Notes under the pieces: generated by a model
Told to the model about the DNA's origin: nothing
Seen by the model: the letters and a program-made list of their open reading frames with translations, nothing else
Database searches by the model: none
Assembly: GCA_947625855.1 (NCBI GenBank)
Contig: CANQPW010000003.1
Coordinates: 33 to 64,032, forward strand
Direction of reading: 5' to 3'
Source: an uncultured Clostridia bacterium
Lineage (GTDB): Bacteria; Bacillota; Clostridia; TANB77; CAG-465
DNA length: 64,000 bases
Made by a program: the position numbers and the translations under genes
In this document: one piece after another, positions 42,301 through 49,288 of the stretch
Layout: each line of letters begins with the position of its first letter
Position numbering within the stretch: position 1 is the stretch's first letter

Positions 42301-43664
42301 GTTGATATATCTTGGTTATACTTTGCTTTTATCTGATAATCAGCATTAGTATAAGTGTTATTATTTATTGTTATTGTAGCTGCTGAATCAACTGTTTGCC
42401 ATGAACATGCTGACTCACTTCCACCTGTTGCAAGAGCAATTTGATTATTTCTATTACTATATCTTCCGACCATAAATCTTATAGTATATTCTTTTCTATC
42501 GTAATATACATTTACGTTTGTAGTACCATCACCTTTTACATATACATCATAGTTGCTTCTACTTCTATCTCTATCATATTGAAAGAATTGCTTTTCATCA
42601 GGTTTTAAAATTAACATTCCTTTTGCAATTTCTTCTTCAAAACGAGTTGTATCAAAATCACTTACTAAACTTCCTGTTGGAGCGCCATTTATTACATATG
42701 TACCAACATTTGTATAGTTGTTGTTATTAGCATTTTCAAGGAAATACACAACTGTAAAAGATGTAGTTGAAGCCTCATAAACTGCTTTAAAATAAACATC
42801 TTCATTTGGCATAGTTTCAGGTGTATCAACAACTATTTCATCCCCATCATCAGTTGTTTGTATGCAGTTCCATTTTGTGAATGTATATCCTGCCTTTTCA
42901 GGTGTATAATTTTGTAAATAACTTTGAATATTTGCAGTATATGGAACAGCCAAAGGCTCATAATATGTTCCACCATCAGAATCTAAATACATATATGGTT
43001 GATTTAAATCATAGTATATTTCTAATTTTGTTTTACCATCTCCACTAACAACAGCAGATAACTTTGATCTTTCTGTATTTATTGTATATCCTTCTTTTTC
43101 TTGTGCTTTAACACTTACTTTATCTCCAATATATACATCCTCTGTATATTCTACTTCACTTTCTGTATCATAAGATGTTAAGTCACTTGCTTTTTGAAGA
43201 TAAGTTACGACTTTATAACTTGACAAAGAAGGTGTATAAGATACGGTATAATAAATTTTATACACATTGTTAAATCCTGATTGTTTTTCTACTTTTACAT
43301 AGTCAAGTTTGTTTACTCTTTCAACAAATGCTGAATCAGTAAACTCATTTATACTATCTATATTTGAGGTAAAACCATCAAATTGCTTTATAGTAAGATT
43401 TATATCCTCATTTTCCCCAAAGCAATAAACATCTTTACTGTCTGCAATTTCACCTGTTCTATCATACATATATTTTATTGTTACTATATACATAGTTTGG
43501 TCTACATCAGTTATAGTAGAGCCAGCAGCAACTTTTCTACCATTAAGGCCAAAATTACTAAATCCCATAATTACTGATATAACCAATCCTATAATAAAAA
43601 ACACTAACAAATGTGAAAAAAGACTATGTCTTCTTCTTTTTGTTTTACTTCCTTTAATTTTCAT
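33366..43664 (-). CDS. 3432-aa multi-repeat surface adhesin (MucBP-like and GW/GY beta-repeat N-terminal region, ~19 Cna-B-type domains, C-terminal membrane anchor)
   Basis: Signal/anchor MKIKGSKTKRRRHS plus TM. Listeria-Bacteroides-type repeats (GYTFTKWN, DGYTFKGWYY, EGFRFDGWYN...LYAKW). 19 copies of the K-x-W-x-D-x(2-3)-N/D-x-D-G-x-R-P signature. Two ~85-aa tandem modules, a MucBP-like module (RIIVKYEKTDG...VSYIYE), then TM plus KKSKKQKIK. Confidence 0.8.
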   Translation of the reverse strand: MKIKGSKTKRRRHSLFSHLLVFFIIGLVISVIMGFSNFGLNGRKVAAGSTITDVDQTMYIVTIKYMYDRTGEIADSKDVYCFGENEDINLTIKQFDGFTSNIDSINEFTDSAFVERVNKLDYVKVEKQSGFNNVYKIYYTVSYTPSLSSYKVVTYLQKASDLTSYDTESEVEYTEDVYIGDKVSVKAQEKEGYTINTERSKLSAVVSGDGKTKLEIYYDLNQPYMYLDSDGGTYYEPLAVPYTANIQSYLQNYTPEKAGYTFTKWNCIQTTDDGDEIVVDTPETMPNEDVYFKAVYEASTTSFTVVYFLENANNNNYTNVGTYVINGAPTGSLVSDFDTTRFEEEIAKGMLILKPDEKQFFQYDRDRSRSNYDVYVKGDGTTNVNVYYDRKEYTIRFMVGRYSNRNNQIALATGGSESACSWQTVDSAATITINNNTYTNADYQIKAKYNQDISTLWPSPEYISDVTHSNTTYYFMTWGTNSSSPYWHNNTNHNIQGRYYTMSSDLIINADDPSQVHEMYGYWSTSPRYFKFHILYDMLDQSADAEYTHDGKKYDDVYNYIVVATSTKSGMNPPNIWGVTNVYKAWNGQDGQGGTTRDSAADIYFYYDRIEYELTLNNIVNDYVPSEDIIQPLNNKGYYIRTLTDGKKHLVLKYGASISDLLTIQEAMENDEDNKLQYPLITQEGEIRPFDKWYLDAAFRTEFPWEDSTYTTMDQNLVIYANWIVPKHDAVFDTKNGRWRAGVGGNTGYTLEDGKYKTVVNSGSLLKKPSPQPTRDGYTFKGWYYTNDLGEYVEYLFSDSQKVYKDLQLDAVWEARQEGTYRVRYVLAKYDDDGNLIKDPASYSESDYLQDEKVVTNVKYGTVVTEDAVLVLEGALQNMYFVDRYEKNLEISTNPDENILYFFYTPQPNMKYIVYYVENTGKVYENGEVPSPDVILHDSKEGEFKRPGNVIEQDTYEDIFMVVEESIEIDGYEVDAYKKMMVLTSDRDNELVNVIYFYYSPVERKGDYKINYYFMQDDGTYPESPDFKAEGEDSVGKYIYATDYYEYLSEESPLYVGHEFDSEKSSVLMVIVSTEGTATIDLYFKNIIYDVYYDTEDGDFTDESMYYSKEGDNLYLELVSHGKLAHKPSDPTKEGFRFDGWYNRENDEKFDFETPITKNTNLYAKWVETKKINITKIWDDASNQDGKRPVNVICDIKNGDEVAYTVELNNDNGWTTSIDVDKYEPNTQIEINYEIEEREVNEYNLTSKVNDEGTNNWTLTNTHTPLTKNITVIKEWDDDNNRDGKRPQDLEIKLSKNGEYLKSCMLNQSNSYTFVFEDLPVYEGGDEITYDVEEVDITDYEQESKNFEEASNIYTFKNKHTPLRTNKTVTKIWRDGSNSDSTRPDSITFVLLKNGERYSDEITLNASNSNGNSDEWEYTFNDLYVYEDGNEISWTVEETVVPAGYGVIYNQNKLDIYNCYPPEVQVSVEKVWNDENDADGIRPERIEVQLYADGAPYMVGDTNVGLVELTADTGWKYVWPFVEKYNDQMEEYVYEVKEVDLGEEFRVAKENYDVDIQLKKGENEEFQRTYIVTNTYVPQKTSVSVRKEWNDENDQDGKRPENVTLNLCANGRVVQSAVLDDGNGWQHTFDNVNVNENGTPIDYTITENDIAGYTYTVTKDENDVFVVTNTHTPEKRVISVKKEWNDNFDQDGKRPQDVTMILTSNDGEVQRITLNEANGWAGSFDEVFAYNAGEKVSYDVNEQGFNDYFQESKIYNDETDTYTITNKHEIEKTDITITKVWQDDDNRDGLRPRNVRVSLKNGEDIVEDDIVLNDANGWSKTITDLDVYKDKEKIVYEVSEIEQDGYTSDTVYDDGTKTFTITNTHTPSKRNITVTKEWKDNDNQDGKRKGSVTINLLKNGETYKSVELNDGNAWKYTFSDEFEYENKAPITYTISENDVEGYTPNVIEIRRGEFILENEHTPETKTILVVKKWNDKENQDRVRPESVKVNLMLNGKVEQTLTLNEENGWHDRFREVPVYEAGTKLNYSVEEEAVPGYLKEDIEYNDENHTYTITNNYEVQKAEITITKIWQDEENRDGLRPANAYFVIKKDGEIVKDNIVLNSTNGWTTTISDLDKNSNGVEINYTVEEKEISEKYTSNIEYDADTKTYNVTNTYTPEKKVISVKKEWNDNENQDGKRPESVEVTLTSNGEEAQKRTLNAENEWSASFDEVYVYENGGSPITYDVSENEITDYTLESKNFDEVTNTYTITNKHEIEKVSRTITKIWQDDNNRDGIRPESLNFVLKKNDTVLKDDIVLSDANGWSTTISNLDKYEAQTQIVYTLEEEKPGEYTSDTQYSEETQTYTITNTYEPKKKVISVRKEWDDNENQDGKRPGSVEVNLTSKGNILQTITLNNDNSWSGSFEEVFVNEDGEPISYDVSENDIAEYTLEDKHFEDDTNTFVITNKHDIEKTERTISKVWDDENDRDGIRPETIKFTLKNGEKVVEDNIILDSSSNNSTTIYYLDKYEAGNEINYTLEEDTPDEYTSDIKYDSNTKTFNVTNTYEPKKKVISVRKEWIDNEDQDRRRPESIEVTLLANNAEGQKITLNKENNFTASFDEVYVYENGGEPISYDVSENEISYYTLESKDFDNETNTFTLKNKHEIEKAEIIITKTWQDEDDRDGIRPENAYFVIKRDGEVVKDNVILNEENGWAITITDLDKNSDGVEINYIVEEVELSEKYTSKIEYNSDTKTFKATNTYTPQKKVISVKKEWNDNNNQDGKRPESVEVTLTSNGREIQKKTLDAENEFSASFDEVYVYENGGEAIIYDVLENELTDYTLESKDFDDATNTFTLKNKHEIEKTYVIINKIWQDDDNRDGIRPKTVKFTLKNGDKVVNDNIILDSNSITISDLDKYEAGNEINYTLEEQVPNGYTSDIIYDSDAKTFNVTNSHEVEKISLNITKEFVDEGFEGYRPDTIYVNVYLDGNIFMENVELLKNEDYKKTIDNLFKNANGSKIDYSVEEQDIDIYDSEVTKNENDVTVKNSIITYKITTKVNGEGGTITAQDEEYVERVVLGYSQTSDVVITPDTGYEISKITINGEEQALPDDRISPYTLPKIENIYQDYEISVEFCLRKFEITTEVLSENGTISGQYDDVYEYVEYGKDSVEDIEIVPDQYFEISKILVNGVEQELPDDRSLPYVLDKFKSVKENIHVQVEFQRIKARIIVKYEKTDGTKIIDDIVIEDVLLGDEYETEYKEFENYYLVSVPENASGIIEENTVIVSYIYEYKPDIYITKKLKAKEEDLNEQFEISVKITNELGNYTEDLDYEILNEKDEVVSEGKIVSGEGVIKISNNQTILIYKVPENFDYEISELNAEDYVTKINKVNEKQISGKVTENIYIDIENEKIYVNVGNVDTSDINITKYILTSICSILFVIFSIVLIKKSKKQKIK
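34590..40165 (-). repeat. Intragenic tandem array of ~19 Cna-B-type domain repeats (~290 bp each; a two-domain ~585-bp period in the distal half)
   Basis: The xTKxWxDxxNxDGxRP signature recurs at ~290-bp spacing. A-type units recur at ~38300, 37445, 36860, 36275, 35690 and 35105, alternating with B-type units (VxKEWNDNxNQDGKRPESV). Boundaries are approximate. Confidence 0.75.
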
Positions 43665-43705
43665 ATAATCACCAATATATTCACTTAAAAATATAATTCC
43701 ATTCT

Positions 43706-43734
43706 CGTTATACCAAAAACATAAAAATTTTTCA
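43706..43734 (-). promoter_or_regulatory. Promoter of the 3432-aa adhesin gene
   Basis: Minus strand TTGAAA, 17 nt, TATAAC with TGg extended -10, ~40 nt upstream of the ATG. Confidence 0.5.
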
Positions 43735-43780
43735 AGAAAAATGGCATATTTTTTAATATTTTTTTATATTTTCAAGAAAT

Positions 43781-45466
43781 TTATACAATTTTTTTAAAAT
43801 CTTGTATTACGATTTGAATAGTCTTAGGTGTATTAAATGTATTTAGCTCAATATTTCCTATAACATCTATTTTATTTCCAATTGTTATTTCATCACGTCT
43901 TTCCCCTTGAGAAAACGCAATTCCCTCAATTAAACTCTTTTCATCTTGAAGTGTAAGTTTTAAATGTTTATCCTCTTTTATAGTTCTAATAGAAGCTACC
44001 TTAAGTCCTTTATATATAAACAAAGGAACAGGATTTGATTGTCCATATGGTTTCATACTAACTATGTCTTTTATAATCTGAGAGTTTAAATCTTTTTTTG
44101 TAATTTGCATATCTATATCTATTATCTGCTCATTTGCATTTTTATTCATATTTTTTGATACTTCTTCAAATAAATCTACAAACTTTGAAATATTTTCTTC
44201 AAGAATACTTAGTCCAGCTGCAAGTTCATGACCGCCAAACTGAATTAATGTATCCTTACATTCTGTAAGTGCATCATATAGTGAAAAACCTGCTTGACAT
44301 CTTCCAGAACCTCTAATTACATCTTGTTCTTTTGTAAGTAATATAACAGGCTTGTAATATATGTTTACAAGTCTTGATGCAACAATCCCTATAACTCCAT
44401 TATGCCAACTAGGATTATATAGTACAATACTATTTCTATTTTCCATATTATTTTTCTTTATCATATCAATTGCTTCATCAAATATATATTTTTCAACTGA
44501 TTGACGTTCTATATTAAGTTCATCTAATTTTTTAGCTATATTACGCGCTTTTTCAACATCTTCTTCAAGTAACAAAGTAACAGCAACTCTTGCATTTCCC
44601 ATTCTACCACAAGCATTTATTCTAGGTGCCATTCCAAAAGATACCATTATACTGTCTATACTTTTAAAATTTACAATATCAAGTAATGCTTTAAGTCCTA
44701 CATTTTTAGTATTTTCCATCTGTTTTAAGCCATATTTAGAAATAATCCTATTTTCATCAACAAGAGGTACTATATCAGAAATTGTACCAACTGCAACTAT
44801 ATCAAGATACTTTAAATAACTACTATCATCAAGACCATATTTTTTACTTAATGCTTCCAAACATTTAAAAGCAACTCCTACTCCAGCATGCATTTTAAAA
44901 GGAAATTTATCATCTTTTTGCTTAGGATTAATAATTGCTAGTGCATCAGGAAGAATCTCTGCACATTCATGATGGTCTGTTATGCACACATCAAGACCAA
45001 TACTTTTTGCATATTCCACTTCTTCTACTGCAGTTATTCCACAATCAACAGTAATAACTAAATTTACACCGTCCTTTTTTATATACTCCAATGCATTTTT
45101 ATTCATACCATAACCTTCTACTAATCTATCAGGTAAATAATAACTAACATTTGCACCAAGTTCAGTTAAGAATTTATACATTATTGTAATACTAGTTATA
45201 CCATCTACATCATAATCTCCATAAATACAAATTTTTTCTTTATTTGTTATAGCTTTATCAACTCTTTCTACAAACTTATCCATATCTTTCATCAAATATG
45301 GATCTTTTAAATTACTTAAATCTCCATTTAAAAAATTATCAATATTTTCATATTCTATATTTCTTGAAATGAGTAATTTTGCCATAATCTCTGATATATT
45401 AAAATCTTGCATTATTTTCTTTACATATTCACTATCATATTTTTTTACATTCCATATCTTTTGCAT
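43781..45466 (-). CDS. recJ: Single-stranded-DNA-specific exonuclease RecJ
   Basis: DHH-family motifs GDYDVDG, TVDCG, ITDHHE and GGH.LAAG. Start preferred at MQKIW (ATG 45464-45466) behind GGAGG. The ORF-track start at 45478 overlaps that RBS. Confidence 0.88.
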   Translation of the reverse strand: MQKIWNVKKYDSEYVKKIMQDFNISEIMAKLLISRNIEYENIDNFLNGDLSNLKDPYLMKDMDKFVERVDKAITNKEKICIYGDYDVDGITSITIMYKFLTELGANVSYYLPDRLVEGYGMNKNALEYIKKDGVNLVITVDCGITAVEEVEYAKSIGLDVCITDHHECAEILPDALAIINPKQKDDKFPFKMHAGVGVAFKCLEALSKKYGLDDSSYLKYLDIVAVGTISDIVPLVDENRIISKYGLKQMENTKNVGLKALLDIVNFKSIDSIMVSFGMAPRINACGRMGNARVAVTLLLEEDVEKARNIAKKLDELNIERQSVEKYIFDEAIDMIKKNNMENRNSIVLYNPSWHNGVIGIVASRLVNIYYKPVILLTKEQDVIRGSGRCQAGFSLYDALTECKDTLIQFGGHELAAGLSILEENISKFVDLFEEVSKNMNKNANEQIIDIDMQITKKDLNSQIIKDIVSMKPYGQSNPVPLFIYKGLKVASIRTIKEDKHLKLTLQDEKSLIEGIAFSQGERRDEITIGNKIDVIGNIELNTFNTPKTIQIVIQDFKKIV

Positions 45467-45576
45467 TTTTACCTCCATAATAATTTTAATCTAATATATA
45501 CATTTTACTACAAAAAGTATAAAAAATAAATATATATATAGAAAATGGTGATAGAATTAACTACCACCATTTAATT

Positions 45577-45774
45577 TTATTCATCTTCAAAGATACTATC
45601 CTCATCATCAAACTCATCATCTTCATACTCGTCATATTCATCATCATCAGGAGCCTGACTATCTAAATCTTCTTTATTTCTCTTGCTTAATATAATCTCT
45701 GCAATATTTATTCCGATAAAAGCAGAAAATACAACTACAAACAAATAAATCAAAAAGTTTTTTACATACCTCAT
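45577..45774 (-). CDS. Small membrane protein with a poly-acidic C-terminal tail
   Basis: 65 aa: one TM (FLIYLFVVVFSAFIGINIAEIIL), then DDDEYDEYEDDEFDDEDSIFEDE. GGAGGA RBS. Confidence 0.5.
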   Translation of the reverse strand: MRYVKNFLIYLFVVVFSAFIGINIAEIILSKRNKEDLDSQAPDDDEYDEYEDDEFDDEDSIFEDE

Positions 45775-45775
45775 A

Positions 45776-45946
45776 TTAATTATCCTCCACTTTATTGTTA
45801 TAATAGCAACTTCCTGTACGCATTTCCATATATTCCATTGATTCTTTAATTTTAAAAATTAATTTAATAAAGATATAAAAAAATACAAAAAATTGAATTA
45901 AACAAGCAAAAATAATAATACTTAAAATATTTTTTCTTTTTTCCAT
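45776..45946 (-). CDS. Candidate 56-aa small membrane protein (below the ORF-track cutoff)
   Basis: GGAGGG RBS plus ATG at 45946. Encodes MEKRKNILSIIIFACLIQFFVFFYIFIKLIF...; stop at 45776-45778, 1 nt before the next ATG, whose RBS lies inside its 3' end. Confidence 0.4.
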   Translation of the reverse strand: MEKRKNILSIIIFACLIQFFVFFYIFIKLIFKIKESMEYMEMRTGSCYYNNKVEDN

Positions 45947-46113
45947 AATTTTTTTCCCTCCAATTTAAGAGAAACCTAAATTAACAAATTTGTTTAAATA
46001 TTACTAAAAATACAGTGAAATTATACTACTTTAATTTAGTTTTGTCAAATTTTTTCTTAACTAACTTACTACATTTGGCATTTAATATATTAATACTTAG
46101 GAAAGGAGAATTT

Positions 46114-46659
46114 ATGTTAACTGTTATACAATCTTTTTTATTTGCTTTTTCTGCAAATATAGATAATATTGCAATAGGTATTTCCTATGGAATTAAAAAT
46201 ATTAAAATACCATTTAAAGTAAATAGCATAATATCTATATTTGTTGCAATTATAACATTTTTAGTTATGTATATAAGTAGATATATTAGTAATTTTTTTG
46301 AAATAAAAATTATAAATAAAATTGGAGCATATCTATTAATTATTCTTGGTTCATATTATATAATAAAAGATTTAATATATAAAAAAAAGAAAAGTGATAA
46401 CTTATCCAAATTATCACTTAAAAATATAATAATCTTATCAATTACTTTAGCAACTAATAATGTATCTGTTGGTATACTTGCAAGTATGATAAATATTAAC
46501 TATTTTCTAACATTAATATTTACATTTATACTTAGTTTTCTTATGCTTATTTTTGGAAATAGACTTGGAAGAAAAATGATTAATAACAAAATAGAAAAAT
46601 ATTCAAACATTATTTCTTCCTTAGTATTAATATTACTTGGAATATTACAATTATTTTAG
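46114..46659 (+). CDS. ytaF: YtaF/MntP-family (DUF204) membrane protein
   Basis: Start reset to MLTVIQS (ATG 46114) behind AGGAAAGGAGA. FAFSANIDNIAIGISYGIKNIKIPFK matches the YtaF/MntP N-terminal repeat. Multi-TM. Confidence 0.6.
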   Translation: MLTVIQSFLFAFSANIDNIAIGISYGIKNIKIPFKVNSIISIFVAIITFLVMYISRYISNFFEIKIINKIGAYLLIILGSYYIIKDLIYKKKKSDNLSKLSLKNIIILSITLATNNVSVGILASMININYFLTLIFTFILSFLMLIFGNRLGRKMINNKIEKYSNIISSLVLILLGILQLF

Positions 46660-47090
46660 CTTAGGAAAAATACTAATTCATATATTCCAAAAGATATAAT
46701 TACCATACCTAAAATAACAAAATCAACTATCATTAACTTTTTTATATTCTTTCTTTCTTTTCTCAAATAAAATATACAAAATATTCTAAATATTAAGCTA
46801 AAGAATACAAACATCATTATAAATCCAAAAGGTTCTAAAAGCATATGTGGATTGCTTAACACATTTTTTAAATTTGCAATATATCTTGTACCACCACAAA
46901 GTGGGCAAGGCTTTCCAAACATCTCTTTATATGGACATTTAGTAAGAATAGGTGAAATATAATTTAACACTTTTGCTACTACTGGAAATAAAATAATGTA
47001 TATTACTAAGAACAAAATTATATAATTAAAAGATTTATACATCTTTATTATTTTCTCTTTATTTTCTATATCTTGCATAAAAACCACCAT
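46656..47090 (-). CDS. DUF2752-like membrane protein
   Basis: Hallmark CPYKEMFGKPCPLCGGTRY (CPxCGxTR) between TM helices; 144 aa. Confidence 0.65.
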   Translation of the reverse strand: MVVFMQDIENKEKIIKMYKSFNYIILFLVIYIILFPVVAKVLNYISPILTKCPYKEMFGKPCPLCGGTRYIANLKNVLSNPHMLLEPFGFIMMFVFFSLIFRIFCIFYLRKERKNIKKLMIVDFVILGMVIISFGIYELVFFLS

Positions 47091-47131
47091 AATTTAAATA
47101 TCACATATGCTTAAACATATGTGATATTATT

Positions 47132-47383
47132 TTATAATTCTTCCATTATTCCTAATGCTGCAAGTCCTACATACATAACAATTATTACAACGATAGCAAT
47201 AGCATTAAGAACTATTCCTGCAACAGCCATACCTTTAGGTTGTTTTGCTTTTGACTTTAACACTGTATCTACTATTCCAAGTATTAAACCTACAACAGCT
47301 GGAACTGAAAAGAAAATATTACATGCAGGTATTAGACCTCCAATAAAAGATACAATACCTAATACTAATGAAGCAATTCCCAT
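47132..47383 (-). CDS. Small two-TM protein, DUF4190-like
   Basis: 83 aa; MGIASLVLGIVSF...GLILGIV...GMAVAGIVLNAIAIVV. Paralogous to 47458..47697. The overlapping plus-strand ORF is a shadow. Confidence 0.55.
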   Translation of the reverse strand: MGIASLVLGIVSFIGGLIPACNIFFSVPAVVGLILGIVDTVLKSKAKQPKGMAVAGIVLNAIAIVVIIVMYVGLAALGIMEEL

Positions 47384-47457
47384 AATATTTATTCCTCCTT
47401 AATATATAATCAGTATATATTATATAAAAAAAATTGTCAATAAAAAGTTTGTTATTT

Positions 47458-47697
47458 TTAAATACTCATCAAATATGGTACTACCCATACTATTGATACA
47501 AAAATACTAGTAATCATTGCTATTGAAGAAAGAATTAATCCTGCTATTGCACAACCTTTTGAATCATTTTCACTTGTCTTTCTTACTGTACCAATTATAC
47601 CAAATATAAAGCCTAACAATGATAATATTTGACTTAAACAAGGTACACAACTAAATAAAAATCCACAAATTCCAAGTATTAAAGAAGCTACTCCCAC
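47458..47697 (-). CDS. Small two-TM protein, DUF4190-like (paralog)
   Basis: 79 aa; MGVASLILGICGF...GFIFGII...GCAIAGLILSSIAMI. Same layout as the neighbouring gene. Confidence 0.55.
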   Translation of the reverse strand: MGVASLILGICGFLFSCVPCLSQILSLLGFIFGIIGTVRKTSENDSKGCAIAGLILSSIAMITSIFVSIVWVVPYLMSI

Positions 47698-47735
47698 AAT
47701 TACTCCTCCTTTTTATTTTCTATATAATTAGTTTT

Positions 47736-48656
47736 TTACGCATTTTCTGTAAGTATTGGTAAAATTTGTTTTTTTCTTGACACAACACCTGGTAAAAATG
47801 CAGTATTATCAACTAATTTTACATTATATGATTTCTCCACAAGATCTGCTCTTTTTCCTAGAACAATTACTTGTGAATTACTTTCAATAATATCTGTAAT
47901 AGCAAGTACAAAAAGGTCTAAGCCTTCATTATTTACTGTATTTGCAATAGAATTTTCAAGTTCAGATTTTCTTTTTAACATATCAGGAATACTTGCAGTA
48001 TTTACCTGAGCAATCTTTGCTTTTACATCTTTTAACATTACTTCTTTTGAATCAAGTGTTATTAATTCATCTGCTGTAAGATCTGATAAATCAGTACCTG
48101 CCTTTAACATATTTAAACCATATTCTTCCATATTAATATTTGCTATTTTTTCAAGTTCTTTCGCAATTTTTACATCTTCTTCTGTGCAAGTAGGTGATTT
48201 AAAAAGTAAAGTATCAGAAATTATTGCACTAAGCATAAGAATAGCATCATTTCTTTCAATTTTAATATTTTCTTCCATATATTTTTTATACATTATAGAT
48301 GCTGTGCATCCTAGTGGTTCAGCCCTATAATATAGTGGTGCTGAAGTTTTAAAATCACATATTCTATGATGATCTACTACACAAGTAATAGTTGCATTTT
48401 CTATATTATTTACACTTTGAGCAAACTCATTGTGATCAACTAATACAACTTCTTGTCCATCTAAAACTTCATCAATCATTCTTGGTGCTTCTATCCCTAA
48501 ATAATCTAATACATATTGTGTTTCTTTATTCACATTTCCAAGCCTTACAGCCTCAACATCAAAACCTAAATTTTTATCAAATTTTTCCATAAGTAAAGCT
48601 GATAATATACTATCAGTATCTGGATTTTTATGTCCAAAAATTAAAATTTTCCCCAT
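47736..48656 (-). CDS. ppaC: Manganese-dependent (family II) inorganic pyrophosphatase
   Basis: FGHKNPDTDS, VDHNE, VVDHHR, DTLLFKSPT; 306 aa. Confidence 0.9.
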   Translation of the reverse strand: MGKILIFGHKNPDTDSILSALLMEKFDKNLGFDVEAVRLGNVNKETQYVLDYLGIEAPRMIDEVLDGQEVVLVDHNEFAQSVNNIENATITCVVDHHRICDFKTSAPLYYRAEPLGCTASIMYKKYMEENIKIERNDAILMLSAIISDTLLFKSPTCTEEDVKIAKELEKIANINMEEYGLNMLKAGTDLSDLTADELITLDSKEVMLKDVKAKIAQVNTASIPDMLKRKSELENSIANTVNNEGLDLFVLAITDIIESNSQVIVLGKRADLVEKSYNVKLVDNTAFLPGVVSRKKQILPILTENA

Positions 48657-48670
48657 TTTTTATCTCCCCT

Positions 48671-49270
48671 TTAAAACTTTTCTTCTTGTTTTGCAAGTAT
48701 TCTTTGTATACTTGCTCTATGTTTAAAAATAACTATTGCAGTTGCTATAACTACTGCCCAAATGTAATCATATCCCATAACTAAAGCTATTATAAAATAC
48801 AAAATTGTACCTGCAATTGTGCCTTTTGCAATAGTTCTTGTAACTGCCATTATAATTAGAGCTGAAATTAAACAAATTATAAATATTTTTGTATCTAATA
48901 TCATAATCAAAGTCATTCCAACTACTACACCTTTTCCACCTACAAATTTATAATATATAGGAAAACAATGCCCTATAATAGTAGCTAATATAAATACTGT
49001 TTTAAATGTTGTCATATCAGTAGTATAACCAAATAGCTTTGTTACCCAAGATATAATAAAATAACTTAAAAATACTTTTAATATATCAAGAATTATAACA
49101 ACACTACCAAGTACCTTTCCAAGAACACGCATAGCATTTGCAGTTCCAGCATTTCCACTTCCAAGTTTTCGTATATCCTCACCAGTTTTTCTTTTACATA
49201 TTTCTATTGCAGGATTTATACTACATAAAAGATATGTAATTAAAAAAATAATAATAATATAAAAATACAT
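48671..49270 (-). CDS. plsY: Glycerol-3-phosphate acyltransferase PlsY
   Basis: GSGNAGTANAMRVLG, GGKGV and a polytopic 199-aa protein. Confidence 0.88.
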   Translation of the reverse strand: MYFYIIIIFLITYLLCSINPAIEICKRKTGEDIRKLGSGNAGTANAMRVLGKVLGSVVIILDILKVFLSYFIISWVTKLFGYTTDMTTFKTVFILATIIGHCFPIYYKFVGGKGVVVGMTLIMILDTKIFIICLISALIIMAVTRTIAKGTIAGTILYFIIALVMGYDYIWAVVIATAIVIFKHRASIQRILAKQEEKF

Positions 49271-49288
49271 TTAAATTACTCCCCATAA

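Noticed and set aside
27883-43734. A shared extended -10 (TGnTAnnAT) on all three adhesin promoters and the pilin promoter, considered as a signature of a dedicated adhesin regulon.
   Set aside because: The same TTGnnn-17-TGnTATAAT architecture is seen at unrelated promoters in the window (55972-56000, 56010-56038). It is therefore the general housekeeping promoter form here. Only the ~40-nt block shared by the two paralogs is specific, and duplication explains it.
45947-46113. Possible yybP-ykoY (manganese) riboswitch upstream of the MntP/YtaF-family gene.
   Set aside because: The 167-nt region is almost pure A/T. It lacks the conserved GGGGAGUAG and other GC-rich core elements of that riboswitch, and no convincing multi-helix structure is visible.
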